From: a virus
Lineage: Duplodnaviria; Caudoviricetes
Reading direction: 5' to 3' (one strand)
DNA length: 28,498 bases
Virus record (IMG/VR): IMGVR_UViG_3300014638_000008
Coordinates: 1 to 28,498 of that record
The notes below the pieces were generated by a model, which had not been told where the DNA came from, did no database searches, and worked only from the letters and a program-made list of their open reading frames with translations. Below are positions 15,659 through 24,158 of this stretch, piece by piece. Position 1 is the first letter of the stretch, and each line of letters opens with the position of its first letter. The translations under genes were made by a program, and so were the position numbers.

Positions 15659-18600
15659 ATGCCGGACACCACAAAAAGAGAGTTGTTACCGCCGGGCGGT
15701 ACGCGCACCGAAAGGGACTCCATCGGTCCCGGTCCGCCCTTTGATTATCCCGCTACACTCGTGGGATCGATCGGCAATATCAGCGTCTATTACGATCCCT
15801 CGCTAGGCAGCTCGGGCCTTGCGCTGGCGAATCAACTCCTGACTGGGGTTTCCGCCCCTTACGGGACGTTCGAGACCTGGTTCGCGATTAGCGGCGGCAG
15901 CCTTTCGGTAGTCGTTTCCCCTCTGAGTGGGGCACATGATGGCTCGGGCGGTGGATACCACTACGGCTGCTCATTTGCCGTGGGAGGCAACTCCGGCGTC
16001 ATTTACGTGGACGCGACGTTTGCAAACACAGAAGTCAATCCACTCAACCTCGCCGTGGGTCTTTACGCCGCAGAATTATCTGAAATGTTCGAGGGCGCCC
16101 AGGCCCTCGGCTGGGGATGCGGATACAGCAACGGCGAAGGCCTTTCGCGCTTCGCGGCCGAGCAGGTCACACCGGCCGGCACGATGTACCAATTCCTCAC
16201 CGGGCCCTCCTGGGCAACGGCCGGCAAGCCAGATTGGGTGGACACGACCGAGCTGACCGATGAGGATGCTGTCTCCACCGGGTGTGCCATCGTTTACCTC
16301 TATTGGATGGTACACCTCGGCTATACCATTCCCCAAATTGTCCAGGCGGCCGGGGCGACACTCGCCGACAACTATCAGACACTCACCGGCAAGACCACGG
16401 CCTACGCGGATTTACTGGCTGCGGTCTCCAGCCTCTCGATTACCTCAGACAATCCCTGGGGAAGCGGCGGGGGCGGATCGCCCACAGGCACGCTTTCGGC
16501 TACAGGCTTTACAGCGTCCGCCATCATCTCTGAGTGGCAAGCGAATCATGCCTATCAAGATGGTTCGCAAAGCGCTGACCCTTACGTCGATTACGTGATC
16601 GACAGCAATGGCAACCTACAAGTCTGCTACGAGTACGGAGTTTCAGGAGCAAGCCCGCCGGCATGGAACACGACACCAGGCGGCCTGACAACCGACAACT
16701 CCGCTCAGTGGATTTTAGAGCCACTTCTGCTGAATCAAGTTCAAATCGGAAATGAGATCACGTTGAGCTGGACATCGACCAATGGGATCTCCGCGTCCAT
16801 CGACCATGGCGTCAATACGGTAGCCTTGAATGGCTCTCTGGTGGTTGCGCCTAACGTAAGCAACCTCACAGGGACAAAGGAAAACTATGGCAAAGCCTGG
16901 CGCTGCGCTTATACACTCACCGTCACCGGGTCGGACGGCTCCGCCACTTCTATTTTGACGTTTTATCTATACGTTGTTCCCCAGAGGTTCACCGCCCAAT
17001 GCTTTGCTCCGGTCAACAATTCGAGTCTCGTCAACATGCCACGGGCGGGCTCCTGGCCGATCCCGCCCGGATCATGGCCGCAAGCTGTCTGGGCACCTGA
17101 TACCCCATACACGGAAGGCACGGTGGTGCGGGACTCGAACAACATGGCGGAGATCGCACTTAATTCCGGCAGCTCAGGGGCGACCGACCCGCACTGGGTT
17201 GGCATGGGCGATATCACCACGGAAACTACCGGCTTGAAGTGGCAAAATCTCGGGAATACGTATTCGGCACAAGTAATGGTTGCGCAGTTCGGACCGGATG
17301 GATGGATGGCGCCTCGAATCGGTTTTGGTTTCGAAGGTGCCGTGCTTCCTGTGAACGCCACCGTCCCATCCTGGCAGGCGAACACGGCGTATAAAATTGG
17401 CGACGTGGTTGGCTTTGTTTCCACCACGGGCGCTCCGGGCTTGATGATCGCCAGATGCGTCTCGCCCGGTACATCCGGCGCCGCATTTGCGTACATCGAC
17501 GTTGCCTTTGGGCGCTTGGGCGCGCTTGTGCCTGAAACTACAAGTTACGAGTCAGGTATTATCATTCCCAATAGTCCAACTTGGGCTTCCATCGGACAGC
17601 TCGAACTCTCGCTATATTGGGCGGGCGGGATTGACATGCAGCCCTCTCACTACCCGCCGTTCACGCAACTCACCGAAGAGGAAGGAGGTTTTGCGAATGT
17701 GATCGCGGGCATAGGCGATCCGATCGTGCCGCAGAAGTGGGGCCCTCTCAGCGGATCCCAGATAAATGGATTCTACGTTGAGCCAGTCGCTTTTGACCCG
17801 CTCTGGTACGTGGGGAATTCGCAAGACGTCGATGAGTGCATCGGGGGTACGGGAACATGCTTTACGTGTATCGGCCTGGCTACCGGTTATCTCCCCTGGC
17901 CGCCCGCGGGGGAGTGCACTCCGTTTCTCGCCACGATTTACGCGGTGTGGGCGGAATATACCATGCCGTATCTGCCCATCTACCCATCAATCACCCCGCC
18001 CACACCGGCGCGAGGCTGCGCCGTCATGGGTTTCACTACGCACGATCAAGACATCACGTATGATGCCGGCAACGGCGATGGCCCGATTACGTACCGGGCG
18101 GCTACCGGCATGGCGAATACCGCCAAAGAAGGGAAGTCCGACGTCAGTGTGGATGGCATGGAAGTGACTGCCTTCTTGGAGTCTGATTCGATTACCGAAG
18201 AGGATATCCGCGCCGGGCTCTACGATAACGCCGAAGTGATTGTGCGCGTCGTGAATTGGGCGGACCTCACGATGGGTCACATGATCGTGATGCGCGGCCA
18301 CACTGGCACCGTCAAAATGAAAAATGGGCTCTTCACAGCCGAGTTGCGGGGGCTCTCGCAAAAGCTGACTACCGCGCTCTCGCAGACCTACGGTGAGCTC
18401 TGCCGTGCGGACCTGGGGAGTAATCCATCAAACGATCCCGGTCCCTGGTTCTGCAATATCAACATCGCATCCTACCAGCAAAACGGGGCAGTGGAACAGG
18501 TAATCGATGATCGCACCCTAGTACCGGGATCTGGTTTGCTTCAGGTGGGCTCGGCCACACCCACGGCTGCGGCAGCCGCGGGTTGGTTTAATGATGGCAT

Positions 18601-18841
18601 AATCACCTTCACTTCCGGCGTGCTCGAATGCGCGAGCTTCGAGATCAAGTCATGGGATGGAACAACGCTGACGCTTTTTCTCTCCATGCCCGAGCTGCCT
18701 GCCACGGGTGACACATTTGTAATTGAGCCGGGATGCGACAAGTCTTCGGCTACTTGCCAGGCGAAATTTCAGAATATCGCCAATTTCCGGGGCGAGCCTT
18801 TCATCCCGGGAATGGACCAGCTCCTAGACTATGCAGGGTGA
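15659..18841 (+). CDS. Multidomain tail protein: zincin-like domain, CBM-like repeats and N-truncated DUF2163/BR0599 hub
   Basis: From 18011: VMGFTTHDQD, ITEEDIRAGLYDNAEV, VNWAD, FTAELRGL, CRADLG, GWFNDG and PGCDK...TC..KF.N..NFRGEPFIPG.D. Confidence 0.88.
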   Translation: MPDTTKRELLPPGGTRTERDSIGPGPPFDYPATLVGSIGNISVYYDPSLGSSGLALANQLLTGVSAPYGTFETWFAISGGSLSVVVSPLSGAHDGSGGGYHYGCSFAVGGNSGVIYVDATFANTEVNPLNLAVGLYAAELSEMFEGAQALGWGCGYSNGEGLSRFAAEQVTPAGTMYQFLTGPSWATAGKPDWVDTTELTDEDAVSTGCAIVYLYWMVHLGYTIPQIVQAAGATLADNYQTLTGKTTAYADLLAAVSSLSITSDNPWGSGGGGSPTGTLSATGFTASAIISEWQANHAYQDGSQSADPYVDYVIDSNGNLQVCYEYGVSGASPPAWNTTPGGLTTDNSAQWILEPLLLNQVQIGNEITLSWTSTNGISASIDHGVNTVALNGSLVVAPNVSNLTGTKENYGKAWRCAYTLTVTGSDGSATSILTFYLYVVPQRFTAQCFAPVNNSSLVNMPRAGSWPIPPGSWPQAVWAPDTPYTEGTVVRDSNNMAEIALNSGSSGATDPHWVGMGDITTETTGLKWQNLGNTYSAQVMVAQFGPDGWMAPRIGFGFEGAVLPVNATVPSWQANTAYKIGDVVGFVSTTGAPGLMIARCVSPGTSGAAFAYIDVAFGRLGALVPETTSYESGIIIPNSPTWASIGQLELSLYWAGGIDMQPSHYPPFTQLTEEEGGFANVIAGIGDPIVPQKWGPLSGSQINGFYVEPVAFDPLWYVGNSQDVDECIGGTGTCFTCIGLATGYLPWPPAGECTPFLATIYAVWAEYTMPYLPIYPSITPPTPARGCAVMGFTTHDQDITYDAGNGDGPITYRAATGMANTAKEGKSDVSVDGMEVTAFLESDSITEEDIRAGLYDNAEVIVRVVNWADLTMGHMIVMRGHTGTVKMKNGLFTAELRGLSQKLTTALSQTYGELCRADLGSNPSNDPGPWFCNINIASYQQNGAVEQVIDDRTLVPGSGLLQVGSATPTAAAAAGWFNDGIITFTSGVLECASFEIKSWDGTTLTLFLSMPELPATGDTFVIEPGCDKSSATCQAKFQNIANFRGEPFIPGMDQLLDYAG

Positions 18842-19306
18842 ATGCTGGCCATGGTAACCCGACAACAAATCGTTACCGAAGCGCGCAAGTGGATTGGCAC
18901 GCAGTTCCGCCATCAAGGTCGGAGGCGCGGTCAGGGCGTGGATTGCGTAGGCCTCGCGCTGTGCATTGGGGAAGACTTGGGCTTGCATGACGTGGCAGGG
19001 AGTCCCTTATTGCGCACCGACTATCAGCGGTATGGATCCCAGCCGACCACTTCTATCGTTCACGACGAATGCTGCGCGCGCTTGGTGCGCAAAGAGCTTA
19101 AAAACGCAACCATTCAGCCGGGCGATGTGCTCACGCTGCGCGTGCCCATACTGGCTTGTCACGTGGCCATTGTCACCAATCTCGCCAAAGGCGAACTGGG
19201 CATCGTCCATGCTTACGCAGGATCAAAGAAAGTCGTGGAGCATACACTCTCTGAAAAGTGGCTACATCGGATCGAAGGCTTTTTCACGTTCCCTGGCATT
19301 GACTGA
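18842..19306 (+). CDS. Phage tail NlpC/P60 peptidase (RcGTA g14-like)
   Basis: Motifs IV.EARKWIGT.FRHQGR...GVDCVG, PGDVL, HVAI and IVHAY. Confidence 0.93.
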   Translation: MLAMVTRQQIVTEARKWIGTQFRHQGRRRGQGVDCVGLALCIGEDLGLHDVAGSPLLRTDYQRYGSQPTTSIVHDECCARLVRKELKNATIQPGDVLTLRVPILACHVAIVTNLAKGELGIVHAYAGSKKVVEHTLSEKWLHRIEGFFTFPGID

Positions 19307-19335
19307 TAACTGACAACTGATAACTGATAACTTTT
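19301..19335 (+). repeat. Heptamer tandem repeat (AACTGAT) x5
   Basis: gactgat aactgac aactgat aactgat aactttt; contains the NlpC stop and ends 2 nt before the next ATG. Confidence 0.95.
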
Positions 19336-19337
19336 CA

Positions 19338-21107
19338 ATGGCTAAAATTGCATTAGCGGTCGGGGCGGGAGTTGCCACCGGCCTAACCATGGGCATTGCC
19401 GGATATCCTATCGCGATTGCGATGGAAGGCGCACTTTCGGCTGGCAGCATTGGCCTAGCTGTGGGAGGACTTCTATTTCCTCCCAAGATTCCCGGCCTCG
19501 TGCCACTCCAGGACCGCCAAGTATCATCCTCTGCCGATGGCGCTCCCATCCCATTTGGCTATGGCACTGGGCGAGTGGCGGGCCAGGTGATTTGGTGCCC
19601 CGGGATTGAGTACTACACCGTCGGCAACGCAGGCAAAGGCGGTGGCACGGCAGCGGGCTTGGAATACTACTACCTCGCCTCGATCGCGGCGGCGTTTGGG
19701 GAAGGCCCCGCCACGATCGAGAAGATTTGGGCGGATAGCAATATCATCTACGATGGGGGTGCGGACTTCGGAGCTTTCTGCCCCTGGAATGCCGACACCA
19801 CGTATCAGCCCGAGCAATTGGTTTCATATCAGTGGAATCCCGGCACAGGCCAGGTGACGGACATTTTCCGCTGCGTGATCGCTAACACTGACATCCCGCC
19901 GGCAGGCAACAGTCTTTATTGGGTCTTGTCGGGATTTCCGTATTACAACGATCTTGAAGAGAGCATCCAGTACTACCCTGGCAACCAGGTGGCATTTCCC
20001 GGCCAAAGCAACACAGCCCCCACGTGTGGAGAGATATATACCTGCGTCAATCCCTGTCTCGACGTGATGCCTCAGCCAGCTAGCGATTGGCAGACGATGA
20101 GCGAATACTACGTCGTTCCCACATTCTATTCGGGATCACAAGATCAGGATGCCGATCCGACCATCCAGGGCAACAATGGCGTAGACGCGACGCCCGCTTT
20201 TCGTGGCATCTGCTATTGCGTGTGGGAAAACCTGCCCCTGGCGACATTTGGCAACCGCATCCCCAACCTGCGCGCGCAGATCAATTACACGTCAGGCGAG
20301 GCTTCGCCGGATGTTTCCCAGCCGACCATCGATCAAATCCTAATGGATCTTTGTACGCGCTCTGGACTCGCCGAAACCGATGTGGATATTTCGTTGATGA
20401 CGGCAGAAAACGTCTACCCCGAAAATCAGATTTTCGGCTTTGTCTGCGAGCATCCCTCGACGGCGGCGGACCATATCAAACAGCTTGTGCCAGCTTATTT
20501 CTTTGGAGCCTGCGAATCCGACGGAGTGTTGCGCTTCGTTCCTCGCACGATTCTGACCGACGCTTCGGGCTCGCCGGTCACGCCCTTTACGATCGCCGAG
20601 AATGACCTAGGTCTCTTCGAAGACAAAGGGAAGCTCGAGGAAACCTTTGGCCAAGAACAAGACCTTCCCCTGATCGAAACGGTGCTCTATAACGATGTGG
20701 CGCTCAATTGGCAGCAGGGGAAGCAAGTCAAGCAGCGCTGCGCACGCACCGTGAACACCAAACAGCAGCATATGCTGTCCATGCCGCTGTCGCTATCAGA
20801 CACCGACGCGCGGCAAATCGCCGAGGCCACACTCTACAGCGCCTGGACCAATCGCCGTTCTTTCAAGCTTAATCTTCTCCGCGCGCTCTACATGCTCCTC
20901 GATCCCACGGACATCATTGACATGATTTACGAGGGAACGCCCATCGAGATTCGCCTGGTTTCCAAAACGGAAGGCCAGGGCTACGCAGTGAGCGTGCAGG
21001 CGGTGCAAGAAGACGTGCGCAACTACGGCTCGGTGGTAGCTGGCGTGTCGAACGAAGCTTTCCAGCCAGGCCAAGTCGCGGCGGCATCTCCGACCATTCT
21101 CCTGTGA
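19338..21107 (+). CDS. Central tail-tip / host-specificity protein (RcGTA g15/J-like), N-terminal part
   Basis: Motifs GAPIPFGYG..RVAGQVIW, FGEGP....KIWAD, PAFRGICY.V.E.L.L..FGNRIP and ESDGVLRFVPR. Confidence 0.9.
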   Translation: MAKIALAVGAGVATGLTMGIAGYPIAIAMEGALSAGSIGLAVGGLLFPPKIPGLVPLQDRQVSSSADGAPIPFGYGTGRVAGQVIWCPGIEYYTVGNAGKGGGTAAGLEYYYLASIAAAFGEGPATIEKIWADSNIIYDGGADFGAFCPWNADTTYQPEQLVSYQWNPGTGQVTDIFRCVIANTDIPPAGNSLYWVLSGFPYYNDLEESIQYYPGNQVAFPGQSNTAPTCGEIYTCVNPCLDVMPQPASDWQTMSEYYVVPTFYSGSQDQDADPTIQGNNGVDATPAFRGICYCVWENLPLATFGNRIPNLRAQINYTSGEASPDVSQPTIDQILMDLCTRSGLAETDVDISLMTAENVYPENQIFGFVCEHPSTAADHIKQLVPAYFFGACESDGVLRFVPRTILTDASGSPVTPFTIAENDLGLFEDKGKLEETFGQEQDLPLIETVLYNDVALNWQQGKQVKQRCARTVNTKQQHMLSMPLSLSDTDARQIAEATLYSAWTNRRSFKLNLLRALYMLLDPTDIIDMIYEGTPIEIRLVSKTEGQGYAVSVQAVQEDVRNYGSVVAGVSNEAFQPGQVAAASPTILL

Positions 21108-21141
21108 AACCGATAACTGAAAACTAACGACTGAAGACTCC
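21103..21141 (+). repeat. 39-nt in-frame heptamer-repeat segment interrupting the tail-tip gene
   Basis: aaccgat aactgaa aactaac gactgaa gactccg; CTCC at 21099-21102 and 21138-21141; three in-frame stops. Confidence 0.85.
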
Positions 21142-21143
21142 GA

Positions 21144-22121
21144 ATGCTTGACATCCCCTTACTTCGCGACACTGACGCCAACCCATCCGGGTCGGGGTTT
21201 TACGTGGCGCTATCATCCATCGACCCGAACTGGCCGGGGGCTGTGCTCTATCGCGGCAGCGATGGGATAAACTTCAACCGGTACGATTCGAGCAATGTGC
21301 GAGCATCGTTCGGATATGCACTCAACGCCCTGGGCGCGATTGGTCCGGGCTCGCCCGAATCGCCATTTTCACCTTGGGAGTGGGACACCGAAAACACACT
21401 TACCGTTCGGTTGATGGTGGGCGAGCTAGCCAGCGACACGGAAGAGAACGTGATCAACGGATCAAATCCAATGATTCTAGGCCAGGAGCTGATTCAATTT
21501 TGCGATGCGGTGCAAAATGAGGATGGATCGTGGACCGTCTCGCAGCTCCTGCGGGGGCGCCGGGGCACAGATGGGGCCTGCGGGACCCACGCCGTCGGGG
21601 ACCTCGTGATTCTTCCTTTGGCGGGAGGGCTGATTCGAAAATCTTCGCCACTGTCCGAGATCGGTTCTTTGCGCTACTACCGCGCCGTCACGCTGGGCAA
21701 GACCGTCGATGCTGTGCAAAGCGTTCCGTTCACGCTCGCGGCGAATGATCTGAAACCGTGGAGCCCGGTTGATATCAACGCGGCCATCAATGGAAGTGGC
21801 GATCTCGTAATCACATGGCAGCGGCGCACGCGCTTGGGTGGTTATTATCAAAATTTCGGATCACCGGCTGGGCAGTTTGCGGATGGACTCGGCGGCCCAC
21901 TCAGCGAAGCCTCTGAACTTTACGAAATTGACATCCTGGGCGGCAGCCCCGAGGAAGTTTTGCGCACGCTAAGCGCAACATCCGAAAGTGTGACATACAC
22001 AGCTGCGCAAGCGGCGGCAGACTTTGGATCAACCCCTGCCACGATCGCGGTGAACGTCTATCAGATCAGCGCCGTGGTGGGTCGGGGCTCGCCCGGCAGC
22101 GCGGTGATAGGCGCATGGTAA
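21144..22121 (+). CDS. Central tail-tip protein, C-terminal part
   Basis: Motifs LDIPLLRD, WPGAVLYR, ELIQF..A, LLRGRRGT, ITWQRRTR, PLSEASE.YEIDI and VYQISAVVGRG; same frame as the upstream part. Confidence 0.9.
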   Translation: MLDIPLLRDTDANPSGSGFYVALSSIDPNWPGAVLYRGSDGINFNRYDSSNVRASFGYALNALGAIGPGSPESPFSPWEWDTENTLTVRLMVGELASDTEENVINGSNPMILGQELIQFCDAVQNEDGSWTVSQLLRGRRGTDGACGTHAVGDLVILPLAGGLIRKSSPLSEIGSLRYYRAVTLGKTVDAVQSVPFTLAANDLKPWSPVDINAAINGSGDLVITWQRRTRLGGYYQNFGSPAGQFADGLGGPLSEASELYEIDILGGSPEEVLRTLSATSESVTYTAAQAAADFGSTPATIAVNVYQISAVVGRGSPGSAVIGAW

Positions 22122-22129
22122 GCCTGTAG

Positions 22130-22148
22130 CGGCGGTCCATGACCGCCG
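22130..22148 (+). promoter_or_regulatory. GC hairpin at the tail/lysis boundary
   Basis: Perfect 8-bp stem cggcggtc-cat-gaccgccg with no U tract. Confidence 0.45.
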
Positions 22149-22163
22149 AGAGAGGTTTCAGTT

Positions 22164-22451
22164 ATGGCCGAGGATCGCATGATTTTAGCTGGAAGTGAAT
22201 GGAGCGAGCAATTGATCGAGCGCTTGGTGCGCATGGAAGCAAACATCGAGCAGATCAAGCGCTGCCTGTGGGGAAACGGCCAGCCCGGCCGCTGCGCGCG
22301 CGAGGATGAACGCATTCATGCGCTTAACAGCCGAGTCCAACAACTCGAAAACCAAGTCACCTATCACCGCGCCATCGTGGTCGTCGTCTCGGCCGTGGTG
22401 GGCTCGCTAACCTCGGTGGCGTGGCTTTTTCTCACCTGGCTGCGCAAATAG
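22164..22451 (+). CDS. Membrane protein, holin/XhlA-like
   Basis: Coiled coil, GNGQPG motif and a C-terminal TM helix; directly before the endolysin. Confidence 0.65.
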   Translation: MAEDRMILAGSEWSEQLIERLVRMEANIEQIKRCLWGNGQPGRCAREDERIHALNSRVQQLENQVTYHRAIVVVVSAVVGSLTSVAWLFLTWLRK

Positions 22452-22468
22452 AAAGGATTAAGAACGCC

Positions 22469-22888
22469 ATGACCTATTCGAAAACCGGCTTGGAATTGAC
22501 GAAGCATTTTGAAGGCTGTAGGTTGCACGCTTATGAAGACGAAGGCGCATACTCCATCGGCTACGGACACAGAGGAGTGGCCCCAGATGCGATTTGCACG
22601 CAGGCCCAAGCCGATGCATGGCTCGCCGAAGACATCCAGTTCGCAGCGGATTTCATCGACAAACACGTCACCATTACCTTGTCGCAGCCTCAATTTGACG
22701 CGCTTGTCGATTTCGTCTTCAACGTCGGCGTGGGCAATTTCGAACATTCTACCCTGTTAAAACTCCTCAATGCCGGCAAGTTGAAAGAAGCCGCAGACGA
22801 ATTTCCACGATGGAATAAGGCGAGTGGAAAGATTCTAGACGCACTCTCCGAGCGCCGCAAGGACGAGCAGACGGAGTTTAATTCGTAG
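22469..22888 (+). CDS. Endolysin, GH24 phage lysozyme
   Basis: Motifs FEG.RL.AY.D....SIGYGH, QFDALVDFVFNVG, STLLKLLNAG, EF.RW and RR..E; ATG follows AAAGGA. Confidence 0.95.
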   Translation: MTYSKTGLELTKHFEGCRLHAYEDEGAYSIGYGHRGVAPDAICTQAQADAWLAEDIQFAADFIDKHVTITLSQPQFDALVDFVFNVGVGNFEHSTLLKLLNAGKLKEAADEFPRWNKASGKILDALSERRKDEQTEFNS

Positions 22889-22900
22889 ATCTGAGTGAGT

Positions 22901-22999
22901 ATGGAATGGGTTAGGCGGTGCCCCTTATGCGGCCGGGAGCTGCGCAAGAAAAACGCCTGGGACATCGTGATCTGTATCTGTGGTTGGATTTGGAGATAA
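22901..22999 (+). CDS. Tiny zinc-ribbon-like protein (32 aa)
   Basis: Manually translated as MEWVRRCPLCGRELRKKNAWDIVICICGWIWR. Confidence 0.6.
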   Translation: MEWVRRCPLCGRELRKKNAWDIVICICGWIWR

Positions 23000-23000
23000 A

Positions 23001-23717
23001 GTGAAGCCAAGGGCAAAAATAAGGACTGCGCTGAATCAAGCCAAATCCATAGCAGGCATCGTCCTGTACTTAGCCCTGGCGGGGAGCGCCAGCGCTGTAG
23101 CGTGGAAGCTCTGCGTGCTCTTTGATGAAGCCCGAGTCGCATTCGCCCATACCGACGCGGAAATCAACAAACATACCCTCCCCAATTTCAATTTTCAACT
23201 CGGAACGGTGGCTGATTCAACAGCGCGAACGGCCGATGCGATAGCGAGCATCCAAGGCGACATTCACAAGCGCGTCGTTCCCAGGCTGGATAAAAACCTC
23301 GATGCGGCGGCTACGTCAATAACCTCAGCTTCGGCGGATATCAAGGCCATCCGCCAGCAGGCGGTGCGCTTAATCGTAATCAGCGGTGGAGTTGCAAGAA
23401 ATATCGAGCTTGCTACGCGCGATTTGGACGATCAAGAGAAGGCACAGGCGGCTTCATTGAATGCTACCACGGTGGGCATGGTGAAGCTGACCCAGGATGC
23501 GGACAATCTCGTAGATGATCCCTCGCTGACCGCTACGCTGCAAAGCCTGTCGGTGACAACAAAAAATCTCGGCGAGGTAACCGGAAACGCGGCCAAGCTT
23601 TCGGATTTCTACTATAAAAAGCTTACCTCGCCCGTCAGCCTAGCGAAAGAGGTTGCCTTGGGAGTGGCGCATTACAGCGCTCTGTTCGCAGGAGCGCTGG
23701 TAGGAAGTTGGCACTAA
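23001..23717 (+). CDS. Membrane-anchored coiled-coil protein (lysis accessory candidate)
   Basis: GTG follows GGAG. N-terminal TM segment, long Ala/Thr/Asp helical region and a hydrophobic C-terminus. Confidence 0.7.
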   Translation: MKPRAKIRTALNQAKSIAGIVLYLALAGSASAVAWKLCVLFDEARVAFAHTDAEINKHTLPNFNFQLGTVADSTARTADAIASIQGDIHKRVVPRLDKNLDAAATSITSASADIKAIRQQAVRLIVISGGVARNIELATRDLDDQEKAQAASLNATTVGMVKLTQDADNLVDDPSLTATLQSLSVTTKNLGEVTGNAAKLSDFYYKKLTSPVSLAKEVALGVAHYSALFAGALVGSWH

Positions 23718-23766
23718 CCTGGCCCATGGGCATCACAGGAAGCCCAGGCCGTTGAAAAGAGAAACC

Positions 23767-24117
23767 ATGTCTAATTTGATTCAGAAAGTCGAAAACTTCA
23801 TCAAGGATCTCCAAGGCGACGCAAAGAAGATCGAGGCCGACGGCCCAGCCGTGATCGCTGCAATCCAAAAAGACCTTACCAGCTACGTTGCTCCGCTGGA
23901 AACCATGCTCGAAGAGGAATTCCCCGGAGCGACGGTGCCGGTGGCACTAGGCAACGCTCTCTTGCAGGGCGGCTTGACCCTCGTGAGCGATGCCATCACA
24001 GCCGCAAAGGCGAACGGACTCAATCCCACCAGCGACCAAGCCTTCGTCCTGGCGATTAAGGCGCTCGCAGCCCTTTTCAAGGGCAAGGCGGCTACGACAA
24101 CGAAAGCGGCGACGTAA
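23767..24117 (+). CDS. Hypothetical helical protein
   Basis: ATG ORF in the operon, Ala/Lys-rich. Confidence 0.75.
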   Translation: MSNLIQKVENFIKDLQGDAKKIEADGPAVIAAIQKDLTSYVAPLETMLEEEFPGATVPVALGNALLQGGLTLVSDAITAAKANGLNPTSDQAFVLAIKALAALFKGKAATTTKAAT

Positions 24118-24158
24118 AGACGAAGCGCGCTCGGCCAAGCTCGCACAACTCGGAGCCC

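Noticed and set aside
15341-18010. Insertion in DUF2163 as an intein, group I/II intron or IS
   Set aside because: No intein terminal motifs, no homing endonuclease, RT or transposase, and no terminal repeats were recognised.
21105-21143. Stop-codon reassignment as the explanation for the split genes
   Set aside because: The gap contains both TGA and TAA, all three stops end ordinary genes here, and the only tRNA is CAT rather than a suppressor.
15659-22121. Diversity-generating retroelement target in the tail genes
   Set aside because: No reverse transcriptase and no near-identical TR/VR pair differing at adenines was seen in the window.
13767-22121. Calling the element a gene transfer agent
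   Set aside because: The tip module is RcGTA-like, but the 814-aa tape measure, linked lysis genes, tRNA and many accessory genes fit a genuine phage better.
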